Shown: positions 14,609 through 24,550, counted from the stretch's first letter. The stretch is 25,523 bases of DNA from Thermodesulfovibrio sp. (GCA_027016675.1 JALUSH010000162.1:1-25523); one strand, 5' to 3'. The notes: generated by a model not told the origin, from the letters alone. A program made the numbers and translations.

Positions 14609-17600
14609 ATGAAAAAAAGAATCTTTTTCTACATAGCTCTTATACTAATCATAGCACTGTTTTCCTCTATAGCCGTATATCTAAGATCAGAACGATTCTC
14701 GACCCAGTTAAAAAACATTTTAATCCCTCAATTAGAGAAGGCAACAGGCGCAGAGGTATATATTGGCAAGGTCTTTCTCAATCCCTTTCCACTATATCTT
14801 GAGCTGCAGGATGTCAAAATAGGGAACAAGAAAGTATCCGGGAGTGTTTTTATAAAAAAAGGCAGGATATTCTTTCTTCCCAGCAGATTGATAGCAAAAC
14901 AACTATATCTTTCCAGAATAGAACTGACAGATCTTGATATAAAAAGCCCCTATGATAATCTCTTGCTTTTTTTTCCAAAAAAGGTACAGGTTAAAAACAG
15001 GGGATTCGAGATCATACCTGTTGAGATTCTCATAAACGGTGGCACTATTGAAATAGCAGCGGATTCAGAAAAATTTGTTCTATCCAATCCTTCTATCAGA
15101 CTCAATCTGAAAAAAGGATTTGTTAACATAAGAGAGCTCCGTTTTCTGTACAGAGGCACTAAAGATGTAAGACTTCCCCTCAAAATGAAAGGTAAGCTCT
15201 TCTTTTTGAGGAATGGAGAGAATATAGAACTGAAAGAGTTAATTGTTAATGATTCCCATTCAAGGGTTGTCTTAAAGGGTCTATACAGAAAAAACAATGT
15301 CAAAGGATTTATAACAGGGCGTTTATCATCTCAGTCACTCTCCCCCTTTCTTGATATTCCTTCAGATCTTATGGCTGAGTTAAACCTTGCTGGTTCCTTC
15401 TCTCTTAAGAATATCCTGCCTGGAAGAAGAATTAAAGAGTATCTCAAAACACTAAACTATAAATTAAAACTAAAGGGCTTCACAGATCTTCAATTCCTCA
15501 TGAATCTTTTAAAAGAAAAGGAACCCCTTTATGGCAGAACATATTTCCAGGGTTTACTGAAGGGTAGTTTCTACTCACCAGAACTATCTTTAACAGCAGA
15601 TATGAAAAAAGGAAGCATCTATGGGATAGACACAGATGAGGTAAGAACAGAGATCAAGTATACACAGGGAATAATGAGTTTCAGGAACTCCATCATCAGA
15701 ACATACAATGGAACTGCAAAGGCTGAGGTGGAGATAGCCCTGCCCCATGTAAGATGGTATTCTATCTCTGTAATGGCAGAAGATCTGGACAGCGCTCCCC
15801 TGCTTAAATTAATAAAATGGGATCCCGGACTCCCCTCTGGTAAGGTCAGAGGTTATCTGTTGTCCACAGGTAAAAGATTCTCACCATCAGGAAGATTTAT
15901 CTTTAAAAGTCTATCCCGGAATGATGGAACCTCTATATTAAATAGCATCAAGCATATAGAGGGAACCTTTCACCTTGCAGGAAACACTCTGAGACTGAAG
16001 GCTCTCGATATTAAAACACTATCAAGCGATGTAACCTCCCAGGGACTTTTAAATCTAAAAACCGGCAATATCAGTTTTAAATTCACTTTAAACACTCAGA
16101 ATATAGGAGACATACTGAAAGTAGAAGGTATTACTGGAAAGGCAAGGATTGATGGTAATGTGACTGGAAAGAGCTCAAATCCTGTAATCAATGGCAGAAT
16201 AAAAGCCACAAGTGTCAACATAGATGGTCTCTCTTCAGGTGACCTTCAGGGCGGGCTTTCCTATAGTAATGGCATAATCAATATACATTCTCTTGTAGGT
16301 GCCATGTACCAGGGACAGTATACCCTTAAGGGGTACATTTATACTGGCTCATCGAAACCCTTTGTTATAAAAAAGACTGACCTTTTGATAAACCTCTCTT
16401 TTTCCTCAATACCTGTAGATTCGCTTGTCAATAGGCTGCCGATCAGGGGGCTCAATGATCTGAAAGGCCATATCAGTGGCAATGCTGTAATTACAGGATC
16501 GATAAAATCCCCTGAGTTCAAGGCAAAACTTCAAAGTATCGATCTTAATTACCATAACATCCCCATTGGAACCTTAAAGGCTAATATAATATTTAAAGAT
16601 CACCATTATTTAGTTGATAATATCTCTATAAAAAAAGGACACTCCTTTATAAAAGGTGCCTTTTCTTATTATGGAAATGGGCAATATGATATCAAGGACA
16701 GCCAGATCATCCTGTCTTCAAAGGATATACCTGTAGGCTTTAACAGGGAAATTATGCTCAGGGGTCGCTTATGGGGAGACAGTAAAAACAATGAGGACAA
16801 AATACAGTTCAAGGGAATTCTCTCAGGTGAAAATACTGATCTGGGCAGAATTGAGATGACTTATGTTAGTGGCATTATAGATATTGGTTCCTTCCTTTTT
16901 AAAAATAATATAAGGATAAGGGGCAGATTATCAACAAACAAAAACGCGGACTGGACGCTAAGTATTGAAGCCAGGGATGGTAGATACGATGAACTTCTCA
17001 GATATTTTGTCAAAAATATACCTGATGACCTTATCTTAAATCTTTCTGCTATGTCAAGGCTTTACGGAAGAGGCCTCAATTTTAATGGAGATATCACCTT
17101 CAAGAAATTCATCTGTAATCTTTATGGCTATAATTTCGTCAATATAGGCGATATACTTCTTTCTATAAAGGAGAATACACTGGCTATCGATTCCTTCAGG
17201 ATGAAGGCTGGCCCTGCTATCTTTAATCTCATGGGAGATATTACAAAATCGGGAAGGATGAATATCACAGCCTATGGAAGCTCTTATCTGACACCTCTAA
17301 AGACACTGCTCTCTGGTATAGAATCAATCAGAGGAGATGTTGACTTCGTACTGGGCCTCACAGGTACCACTGAGTCTCCCATTATCAACGGTGGTATCGT
17401 AATAAATAATACAACTATTGAAATCACTCCCTTTATAGAGAGGATAAGGGGAATTACAGGTTATGCTTATATAGATAACAACAGGATCGTAATCGAATCA
17501 CTCAGCGGAAGATTTGGAGGAGGTGATATTTCACTAATCGGTTCTGTAGATATAGGAAACTGGGAATTCAAAAACTATAATATCGATGTCACCCTGAAGG

Positions 17601-18526
17601 ATGTAACACTGAAACCACTTGATAATGTCTGGTTTTCTGCTGATGGACAAATCACCTTCTCTGAACGTAAAGGCACACCACTGATTGTTGGAGAGCTTGG
17701 CATATCAAAGGCTCGATTTAAAAGGGATATCAACTGGAGGGCCATGATACTGAGCAGACGAATTACTGCAAAAACCCACAAGGCAAAGATGGGCCAGACA
17801 GAACTCAACATAACACTGTCTGGAGATGAAGATATCTTGATCGATAATAATCTGGTCACTGCTCCAGCCAAGATAGATCTACTTATAAGGGGCACCATAT
17901 CAAATCCTGCCATTCTGGGACGGATAGAGCTCTTTGGGGGCAAGTTCTTTTTCAGAAACAACGAGTTCAGAATAGAAAAGGCAAGTGCAGACTTCGTGGA
18001 TCCCCAGGGTATATATCCCTTCTTTGATATTATTGCGTCAACAAGGGTACATGACTATAACATCACTCTGTCTTTAAATGGCTATGTTGATGAGTTTAAC
18101 CTGAGCCTGAACTCCACTCCTTATCTTAATGAGATGGACATCCTTAGTCTTCTCACCCTCGGCAGGGTCACAAAGAACCTGAGGGGACTGGAAGGTGGCA
18201 TAGGGGTGGCTGAGGCAACAGCCTTTCTTACAGGACAGTTACAGAATACCATCGAGGAACGAATCCAGAGCATTACAGGTTTCGACAGAATTGAGGTGGA
18301 ACCATACATTTCAGAGAAAACAGGAGAGATCGGCCCAAGGGTTACAGTTGCAAAGAGACTTCTCTCTGACAGGTTATATGTGACCTATTCAACATCTTTT
18401 GGTTCCGAGGCTGAGCAGTTCCTCAAGCTTGAATTCTCTTTAAGCGATAATATCTCCCTTGTTGGAGAAAGAGATGAAACAGGCACTATTGGTGCTGATA
18501 TTAAGTTCAGAGTGGAGTTCAGATGA
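14609..18526 (+). CDS. tamB: TamB/AsmA-like translocation and assembly module protein with C-terminal DUF490 (about 1305 aa; start may be 14576, 14591 or 14609)
   Basis: N-terminal TM anchor (KKRIFFYIALILIIALF), long beta-taco-type repeats (GSIKSPEFKA, GTTESPIING, GTISNPAILG), DUF490-like C-terminus ending KFRVEFR. ATGA overlap with the Omp85 gene. Confidence 0.88.
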   Translation: MKKRIFFYIALILIIALFSSIAVYLRSERFSTQLKNILIPQLEKATGAEVYIGKVFLNPFPLYLELQDVKIGNKKVSGSVFIKKGRIFFLPSRLIAKQLYLSRIELTDLDIKSPYDNLLLFFPKKVQVKNRGFEIIPVEILINGGTIEIAADSEKFVLSNPSIRLNLKKGFVNIRELRFLYRGTKDVRLPLKMKGKLFFLRNGENIELKELIVNDSHSRVVLKGLYRKNNVKGFITGRLSSQSLSPFLDIPSDLMAELNLAGSFSLKNILPGRRIKEYLKTLNYKLKLKGFTDLQFLMNLLKEKEPLYGRTYFQGLLKGSFYSPELSLTADMKKGSIYGIDTDEVRTEIKYTQGIMSFRNSIIRTYNGTAKAEVEIALPHVRWYSISVMAEDLDSAPLLKLIKWDPGLPSGKVRGYLLSTGKRFSPSGRFIFKSLSRNDGTSILNSIKHIEGTFHLAGNTLRLKALDIKTLSSDVTSQGLLNLKTGNISFKFTLNTQNIGDILKVEGITGKARIDGNVTGKSSNPVINGRIKATSVNIDGLSSGDLQGGLSYSNGIINIHSLVGAMYQGQYTLKGYIYTGSSKPFVIKKTDLLINLSFSSIPVDSLVNRLPIRGLNDLKGHISGNAVITGSIKSPEFKAKLQSIDLNYHNIPIGTLKANIIFKDHHYLVDNISIKKGHSFIKGAFSYYGNGQYDIKDSQIILSSKDIPVGFNREIMLRGRLWGDSKNNEDKIQFKGILSGENTDLGRIEMTYVSGIIDIGSFLFKNNIRIRGRLSTNKNADWTLSIEARDGRYDELLRYFVKNIPDDLILNLSAMSRLYGRGLNFNGDITFKKFICNLYGYNFVNIGDILLSIKENTLAIDSFRMKAGPAIFNLMGDITKSGRMNITAYGSSYLTPLKTLLSGIESIRGDVDFVLGLTGTTESPIINGGIVINNTTIEITPFIERIRGITGYAYIDNNRIVIESLSGRFGGGDISLIGSVDIGNWEFKNYNIDVTLKDVTLKPLDNVWFSADGQITFSERKGTPLIVGELGISKARFKRDINWRAMILSRRITAKTHKAKMGQTELNITLSGDEDILIDNNLVTAPAKIDLLIRGTISNPAILGRIELFGGKFFFRNNEFRIEKASADFVDPQGIYPFFDIIASTRVHDYNITLSLNGYVDEFNLSLNSTPYLNEMDILSLLTLGRVTKNLRGLEGGIGVAEATAFLTGQLQNTIEERIQSITGFDRIEVEPYISEKTGEIGPRVTVAKRLLSDRLYVTYSTSFGSEAEQFLKLEFSLSDNISLVGERDETGTIGADIKFRVEFR

Positions 18527-21282
18527 ACCGTAAGATGGTAATTCTCTTAAGTCTTATACTGATGATCTTTAATATTCAGGCACCTCATGCTGAGGCAAGA
18601 CAGAAGATTGTATCAAAGCCAGACAGATTCTATGTTAATGAAATAGATATTTATGGTCTGAATCTCCTTGACAAAGAGTATTTCCTTTATATATTTGGCA
18701 TACGTAATGGAGAAATCAGTACCGAGCAGATAGACACGGGAATCAAGAGGGTCTTCAGAACAGGGCTCTTCGAGAATGTAACAGTAGAGTTTCTTCCATC
18801 CAGGCCAGTAGATAAAGAAAAAAGGAATAGTTTGAAAAGCGGCATCCTGAGAATCATAGTAAAAGAGCATCCCTTTATTAATAGAATCTATATAAAAGGT
18901 AATGAACATCTTGAGGATGATATTATTCTCAAAAACATTCCTTTTAAGGAAGGAGATATCCTGAGGACAGACAGGATTAAGACTGCTGAAAGGAATCTAA
19001 AAGACCTTTATAGAAGAAAGGGGTTTCCTGATGCAAAGATCAAAATCGATATCATTGAGTTGATGAAATCGGGCCATTTTGATATTAGCATAAATATAAA
19101 AGAAGGCAAACCTCTGCTAATTCGAGAAATCTCTATCACAGGTTATACATCCTGGGTCAAAACCGAAATGGAGACAGAACCAAACGATATATATGATATG
19201 GACAGAATCAAGGAAGATATTGAAAGAATCAGGCATTATTTATATAAGAAGGGGTTTTTTAATCCAAGTATTGGACCTGTAAGCTTTGATAATGAAAAAC
19301 TCACAATACATATAAATCCAGGCAAAAAACTCCTTGTAGATTTTAATGGCAATCATGAGTTCAGTTCAGAAGAACTTGAGGAGGTAATCTCTCTGAAAGA
19401 CACGGAAATAAACACAGATACCATAGCAGAGGCATCTGAAAGGATAGTGAAGCTTTATCATAAAAGGGGATATGTTTATGCCCTTGTTTCTCCTGCAATA
19501 AAGAAAACCGATGATACTATACATGTCAGGTTCTATATCAACGAGGGCAGGCGGTTCTTTGTAAAAGAGATTGTTTTTGAAGGAAACACCCTACCCGCAG
19601 AAAGGCTCAAGGAAGTGCTGTCCACCAAGGAAGAGGCCCCTTTTAATCCCGATCTTTTAGACAATGACCGTGATGGCATCATTGCATTCTACAGGGCACT
19701 GGGATATCTTGATGTCAAAGTAACAGATATGAGTTATCATGAAAAAGACAATGCTATAGTATTAAAAATAAGGATTTCAGAAGGACCCCAGAGCAGGATA
19801 AAGAATATCGAAATACTTGGCAACTCGCTTTTATCATCACAGGAATTATTAGATATTCTCTCTGTAAAAGAGGGGTCTCCTTTCAATGAACTGATACTTT
19901 TTGATATCAAAAGAGAGATCATCAATGCCTACCACGAGAGGGGCTATCTTGATACTGCAGTTAATCTATCAGTGAATAGGGAAAAAAACAAGATATACAT
20001 AAGGGTCGAGATCAAGGAAGGCTATCCCTATTATTTTGGAAAAACCATCATACGTGGCAACAGACAGACATCATTAAAAGTGATACAAAGACAACTAAAT
20101 TACCGGGAGGGAGACCCTCTGAACACAAAGTTACTACCGCAATTGTCACGAAAGCTCTACCAGACGGGACTCTTCAGAGATGTGAAAATTACCATTCTGA
20201 GTCCATACGACCACATTGCGCCTGTTGAAAGACCCAGGGGAGTACAAAACAAAAAAGACATACTGATCGAGTTGACAGAAAGAAAACAGGGACTTTTTGA
20301 GTTCGGTATTGGTTATGGCGAGTACGAGGGACTCAGGGGCTTTATCGATATAAGATATAATAATCTCTGGGGAATGAACAGATCAGCAGGGTTGAGGTGG
20401 GAGATGAGTAATCTGAGAAGCAGGCTTTTATTAACATACAATGAACCTTACTTTCTAAACAGAGACCTCAAGCTGACCTCTGTAATTCAGTATTCAGAGA
20501 GAAAGGAAAAAAACATTGATACAGGTGATGTCCGCTATAGGGTAAGGAGATACTCCGCCAATGCCTCAGTGGAAAAAAAACTCACCGACCGCATCAAGTT
20601 GAATCTTACCTATGGTTATGCCCTCGTGAAGACCTTTGATGTTGAACCTGGCATTGTACTTTCCAGGGAAGACAGGGGAACCCTTGGTATCAGCAGTCTC
20701 ATGCCTGGTGTAATCTATGACTCGAGAGACAATCCATTCAATCCAAGAAGTGGTATACTGGCAGGTGGCTCGCTAAAATTAGCAAGCCAGTTGTTATTTG
20801 GAGAAACGGATTTTGTAAAATTCAACCTCCACTTCAGCATATATCATGCCTTATTAAAGAGAACAGTGATAGCCTTCTCTTTAAGAGGAGGCCTCGCAGA
20901 ATCCTTTAAAGACACAAGAGACCTTCCCTTGGTGGAAAGGTACTTCCTTGGTGGTAGAAATACTGTAAGAGGCTTTCCCCAGGATGGGCTGGGACCAAAA
21001 AGCCCTGACGGCACACCAACAGGTGGCAATGCGTATATGGCACTCAACCTTGAACTAAGAACAGATGTGGGCAGGGGATTCTCTGTTGTAACATTTATCG
21101 ATTCCGGAAATGTTTGGTCCAGGATAAGTGACATTGACGGTTCGTTAAGGTTCAGCGCAGGCGTTGGATTAAGATATAACACACCTGTGGGGCCCATAAG
21201 AATAGATTATGGACATAAACTGGATAGAAGGGAAGGAGAGAGTGCAGGTGAGATTCATTTCAGCATTGGACATGCCTTTTGA
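18523..21282 (+). CDS. Omp85-family outer-membrane beta-barrel assembly protein (BamA/TamA-like, 919 aa) with seven POTRA repeats
   Basis: Signal peptide, repeated POTRA patterns (I.I.GN...Y...G[YF]...I.EG), barrel loop motif GGRNTVRGF, YNTPVGPIRIDYG and terminal FSIGHAF. Confidence 0.92.
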   Translation: MNRKMVILLSLILMIFNIQAPHAEARQKIVSKPDRFYVNEIDIYGLNLLDKEYFLYIFGIRNGEISTEQIDTGIKRVFRTGLFENVTVEFLPSRPVDKEKRNSLKSGILRIIVKEHPFINRIYIKGNEHLEDDIILKNIPFKEGDILRTDRIKTAERNLKDLYRRKGFPDAKIKIDIIELMKSGHFDISINIKEGKPLLIREISITGYTSWVKTEMETEPNDIYDMDRIKEDIERIRHYLYKKGFFNPSIGPVSFDNEKLTIHINPGKKLLVDFNGNHEFSSEELEEVISLKDTEINTDTIAEASERIVKLYHKRGYVYALVSPAIKKTDDTIHVRFYINEGRRFFVKEIVFEGNTLPAERLKEVLSTKEEAPFNPDLLDNDRDGIIAFYRALGYLDVKVTDMSYHEKDNAIVLKIRISEGPQSRIKNIEILGNSLLSSQELLDILSVKEGSPFNELILFDIKREIINAYHERGYLDTAVNLSVNREKNKIYIRVEIKEGYPYYFGKTIIRGNRQTSLKVIQRQLNYREGDPLNTKLLPQLSRKLYQTGLFRDVKITILSPYDHIAPVERPRGVQNKKDILIELTERKQGLFEFGIGYGEYEGLRGFIDIRYNNLWGMNRSAGLRWEMSNLRSRLLLTYNEPYFLNRDLKLTSVIQYSERKEKNIDTGDVRYRVRRYSANASVEKKLTDRIKLNLTYGYALVKTFDVEPGIVLSREDRGTLGISSLMPGVIYDSRDNPFNPRSGILAGGSLKLASQLLFGETDFVKFNLHFSIYHALLKRTVIAFSLRGGLAESFKDTRDLPLVERYFLGGRNTVRGFPQDGLGPKSPDGTPTGGNAYMALNLELRTDVGRGFSVVTFIDSGNVWSRISDIDGSLRFSAGVGLRYNTPVGPIRIDYGHKLDRREGESAGEIHFSIGHAF

Positions 21283-21805
21283 TAATATTAAAAAACTGAA
21301 AGATTTTTTCATCAGGATACTGTTGTCAATGACAGGCATATTCATACTCTTCACTCCTTTGCCCCTACATGCTGAGTTGATTAACACTGTTGTTGCCTTC
21401 ATAGATGACCAGGCCATTACCCTCAGGGATTTTGAGGACTATTATACTATAGCCAAAAAATTTCACACTGATATTACACCTGAGAAGGCACTTGAGACCC
21501 TTATCAATAGACTAATCCTTCTCAGAGAGGCCAGAAGATTGAAATTGAAAGGCTCTACAGAGGATGATATAATCAACACCTACATTGACATAAAGGTTCG
21601 TGCCTTTGTACGGGTTTCTGAAGAGGAGATTAACAGGTTCTATGAAGCCAACAAGGAAAAGATGAAAGATGTCCCTCTTCAGGATGTTCGACAGCAGATA
21701 GAGAATCTTCTTATCGAAAAGAAGGTAAACAATCTTTTGAAAATCCATCTGAGAAAACTGAAGGAGAAATCCTATATAAAGATCAACCGCATCCCGGAAT
21801 TATAG
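21272..21805 (+). CDS. SurA N-terminal-domain-like periplasmic chaperone without parvulin domain (177 aa from ATG 21272)
   Basis: Signal peptide ending LHA|E, then INTVVAFIDDQAITLRDF, ALETLINRLILLREA and VSEEEINRFYEANK, which fit the SurA_N/PrsA pattern. Overlaps the Omp85 stop. Confidence 0.7.
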   Translation: MPFDNIKKLKDFFIRILLSMTGIFILFTPLPLHAELINTVVAFIDDQAITLRDFEDYYTIAKKFHTDITPEKALETLINRLILLREARRLKLKGSTEDDIINTYIDIKVRAFVRVSEEEINRFYEANKEKMKDVPLQDVRQQIENLLIEKKVNNLLKIHLRKLKEKSYIKINRIPEL

Positions 21806-22255
21806 CACTTCCTTTATAAGGGCATATTCATCACAGTCCGGGAACTTATGACACCTTACACAATCAGACCATATCTTATGAGGAAGCTCTGCTTTGTCCA
21901 GGTCTTTAAAACCCATTGTCCTGAAAAAATCAGGCACATAGGTCAGAACAAACACCCTTTTGATACCAAGTTTTCTGGCTTCAGTAATACATCTTTTTAC
22001 CAGACTTGAACCAATCTTCCTGTGCTGATAAGAGTCTCTGATTGCAAGGGATCTGATCTCAGCAAGATCCTCCCAGAGGATATGCAATGCACAGACCCCA
22101 ACAATTTCACCATCCACTTCACAAACAACGTGGTCTCTTATTGTTGTATATATCTCATTGAGGGCTCGAGGAAGCATCAGTCCCTTCTTTGCATGGTCAT
22201 TAATCAGCCTGTGAATCTCTCTGGCATCTTTAATAATCGCCTTCCTGATATTCAT
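21800..22255 (-). CDS. argA: Short GNAT N-acetyltransferase, ArgA-type (N-acetylglutamate synthase-like, 151 aa)
   Basis: GLMLPR, LHILWEDLAEIRSLAI, VFVLTYVPDFF, LPHKIWSDCVRCHKFPDCDE. Confidence 0.8.
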   Translation of the reverse strand: MNIRKAIIKDAREIHRLINDHAKKGLMLPRALNEIYTTIRDHVVCEVDGEIVGVCALHILWEDLAEIRSLAIRDSYQHRKIGSSLVKRCITEARKLGIKRVFVLTYVPDFFRTMGFKDLDKAELPHKIWSDCVRCHKFPDCDEYALIKEVL

Positions 22256-22267
22256 TGGTCTTTCTTG

Positions 22268-22870
22268 TTATCCTCCCTGCCACCTTCTGTAGATATCATT
22301 CTCTACACCTGCCTGATCAAGCAATTTACCAACAATAAAGTCCACCATATCCTCTACTGTAGCAGGCTTATGATAAAATCCTATAACTGGAGGGACAATC
22401 CTTACACCAATGGCTGAGAGCTTTAAAAGATTCTCAAGGTGTATAGTACTGAGGGGAGTCTCTCTTGGACATAAAATAAGTCGACGGCCTTCTTTTATTG
22501 TTACATCAGCAACACGCTCTATAAGCCCACTGGCATAGCCATTGGTAATTGCAGATAGTGTCTTCATACTACAGGGAACAACAAACATCCCCTCTGTCTT
22601 AAAGGAACCACTTGCTATTGGTACCCAGAGGTTGTCCTCATTATAGACATGCAGCGGTACATCCTCCATCTTTAAATACCTCTTAAGAACATCAGCCTTG
22701 TCCTCTGACAGATCAATACCAACCTCATCAAGCACAATAGGGATGGCACTGTTTGATACTATCAGATGTATCTCAAATTTCCCGAGCAACTCCTTGAGTA
22801 ATTTAATACCAATGATAACACCTGTAGTGCCAGTTATTGCAAGAACAAACCTCTTCATCCGTTCTTCCAT
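22268..22870 (-). CDS. ubiX: Flavin prenyltransferase UbiX (start may be 22858)
   Basis: VLAITGTTG, IASGSF, VVPCSMKTLSAI, LILCPRETPL, PPVIGFYHKP. Confidence 0.93.
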   Translation of the reverse strand: MEERMKRFVLAITGTTGVIIGIKLLKELLGKFEIHLIVSNSAIPIVLDEVGIDLSEDKADVLKRYLKMEDVPLHVYNEDNLWVPIASGSFKTEGMFVVPCSMKTLSAITNGYASGLIERVADVTIKEGRRLILCPRETPLSTIHLENLLKLSAIGVRIVPPVIGFYHKPATVEDMVDFIVGKLLDQAGVENDIYRRWQGG

Positions 22871-22877
22871 CCTCCTC

Positions 22878-23783
22878 TCAGGATTTCTTCGCTACCTTGT
22901 GACCACCAAACTGTGCCCTGAGAGATGCCAGTATCTTTTCTGAAAAGGATGCCTCCTGTCTGGAACGAAATCTCCTGAAAAGACTTATTGCTATGGCATC
23001 AGCAGGCACTCCCATCTCGATCGCCTCTTTAAGGGTCCATCTACCCTCACCAGAGTCCTCAACATAGCCAAGTATACTGTCAAGTCGAGGGTCCTCTGCA
23101 AATGCCTTCTCAAGGAGCTCAAGAAGCCATGAACGGATAACACTTCCATGATTCCATAATCTTGCAATGTCTGAAAATTCAAGCTCCTGGGCATAGGTAG
23201 AGGCATTTAATAGTTCAAAACCTTCGGCATATGCCTGCATCATGGCATATTCGATCCCATTGTGTACCATTTTGACAAAGTGGCCTGCACCAGTGCTCCC
23301 ACAATAGAGATAGCCATTCTCTGTTGAGAGAGTTTTCAATAGAGGTTCAATCCTCCTGTAGTCTTCCCTATCACCACCGATCATCAGGCAATAGCCCTCC
23401 TTAAGTCCCCAGATACCACCACTTACCCCAACATCAAGATAATGGATGCCCCTGTGCTGGAGTATCTCCTTTCTCCTGATATCATCCTTATAATAGGAAT
23501 TTCCCCCGTCAATCAGGATGTCACCTTCGCTAAGTAAATCTTTGAATATTTCAACATGTTCATCTACAGGCCTTCCAGCAGGTAGCATCATCCACACAAC
23601 ACGAGGAGATGACAATTTCCGGGGAATCTCCTCGAGGCTATGGGCACCCTCAGCACCCTCTCTTACTATTATCTCTGTCTTCTGAGGCGTCCTGTTATAT
23701 GCAACAACACGATGTCCGCCTGTAAGAAGCCTCCTTGCCATATTCATGCCCATCTTTCCAAGCCCTACCATTGCTATCTCCAT
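22878..23783 (-). CDS. gnd: 6-phosphogluconate dehydrogenase, decarboxylating, short (YqeC-like) form (301 aa)
   Basis: GLGKMG, IDGGNS, DVGVSGG, GHFVKMVHNGIEY, SVIRSWL, VEDSGEGRW and RAQFGGH. GGAGG lies 5 nt before the ATG at 23783. Confidence 0.93.
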   Translation of the reverse strand: MEIAMVGLGKMGMNMARRLLTGGHRVVAYNRTPQKTEIIVREGAEGAHSLEEIPRKLSSPRVVWMMLPAGRPVDEHVEIFKDLLSEGDILIDGGNSYYKDDIRRKEILQHRGIHYLDVGVSGGIWGLKEGYCLMIGGDREDYRRIEPLLKTLSTENGYLYCGSTGAGHFVKMVHNGIEYAMMQAYAEGFELLNASTYAQELEFSDIARLWNHGSVIRSWLLELLEKAFAEDPRLDSILGYVEDSGEGRWTLKEAIEMGVPADAIAISLFRRFRSRQEASFSEKILASLRAQFGGHKVAKKS

Positions 23784-23820
23784 TCGAACCTCCATTGACT
23801 GACCTGACATCAATCTATAG

Positions 23821-23955
23821 GGCTGTGCTGGTATTGGATTTGAGCGGCTTCAGCACACCAATAAATGTCACCTGGATGGTAACATGGTGTGCGTCCTCGG
23901 AGCAGGCCATGGATGGCCTGCGAGAATGAGATGAAAATCCAATACCAGCACTGCC
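23821..23955. mobile_element. 135-bp MITE-like / structured element with 21-bp terminal inverted repeats and two internal hairpins
   Basis: GGCTGTGCTGGTATTGGATTT (23821-23841) matches the reverse complement of 23935-23955 at 20/21 positions. Internal stems: GCACACCA/TGGTGTGC and GCAGGCCAT/ATGGCCTGC. No target-site duplication found. Confidence 0.55.
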
Positions 23956-23968
23956 TTTACTGTTTACT

Positions 23969-23996
23969 ATTATACACTTCCCCAGTTCTCATTGAA
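23969..23996 (-). promoter_or_regulatory. Sigma70-type promoter TTCAAT-N16-TATAAT reading into the inverted-repeat element and gnd
   Basis: Minus-strand -35 at 23991-23996 and -10 at 23969-23974, overlapping the nitroreductase stop codon. Confidence 0.45.
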
Positions 23997-24533
23997 CACT
24001 ATCTCATCAAGTGGCTTTCTTTTTGGTGGCTCCTTTTTTTCTTCCAAAGGATAGCCAATCGGAAAGAGTCCCACCACCCTGACATTTTCAGGGATGGATA
24101 GCAATTCCTTAATGCGGTCTTCATCAAAAACACCCACAAATACTGTTCCAAGTCCAAGTCCATGGGCTGCAAGCATAAGATTCTGACAGGCAATGCCCAT
24201 GTCAGTAAGATAATAATTCTGTCCCCACAGTGAGCCAGAATCCGATGGTACTGCACAGGCAACAATCAGTACAGGTGCCTCTGCAATGCCTTTTTTGGCA
24301 GGATTTACCTTATACCCGAGAGGTGCAAAGAATGACTCCACATAGGTAAGCTCACTGATTGTCTGTCTCTTCTGTATGTCTTTTACCACTATAAACCTCC
24401 AGCACTGGAGGTTGGCCCAGGAAGGCGCCATTCTCGCAGCATCAAGTATCATTTTTATCTTTTCATCATCCACATCCCTGTCGCTAAACCTCCTGATGCT
24501 TCTCCTCGTCTTAATTGCCTCAAAAAGTTCCAT
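23970..24533 (-). CDS. Nitroreductase family flavoprotein (187 aa)
   Basis: [49 protein letters not shown] and RKPLDE. GGGAGG RBS before the ATG at 24533; the ORF-track start at 24620 overlaps dgkA and is unlikely. Confidence 0.92.
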   Translation of the reverse strand: MELFEAIKTRRSIRRFSDRDVDDEKIKMILDAARMAPSWANLQCWRFIVVKDIQKRQTISELTYVESFFAPLGYKVNPAKKGIAEAPVLIVACAVPSDSGSLWGQNYYLTDMGIACQNLMLAAHGLGLGTVFVGVFDEDRIKELLSIPENVRVVGLFPIGYPLEEKKEPPKRKPLDEIVFNENWGSV

Positions 24534-24550
24534 AAAAACCTCCCTCTTAA

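Noticed and set aside
21209-21271. ORF-track N-terminal extension of the SurA-like protein; similar extensions on mlaF (6929-6955), gnd (23784-23813) and the nitroreductase (24534-24620)
   Set aside because: Three of the extensions (SurA-like, mlaF, nitroreductase) overlap neighbouring genes. In all four cases a downstream ATG gives a family-typical N-terminus, and for gnd and the nitroreductase it has a clear SD.
21800-21805. Convergent 6-nt overlap of the SurA-like and argA stop codons with no terminator
   Set aside because: Common in compact genomes; no further structure seen.
22268-22870. ubiX without an adjacent ubiD as a novel prFMN system
   Set aside because: Unlinked ubiX and ubiD/mqnL genes are common, and nothing in the window points to a new partner.
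23735-24101. Plus-strand ORFs 23735-23929 and 23889-24101 crossing the inverted-repeat element (possible transposase remnant or toxin peptide)
   Set aside because: They overlap gnd or the nitroreductase on the opposite strand, have no RBS, and show no DDE/HUH or TM-toxin features.
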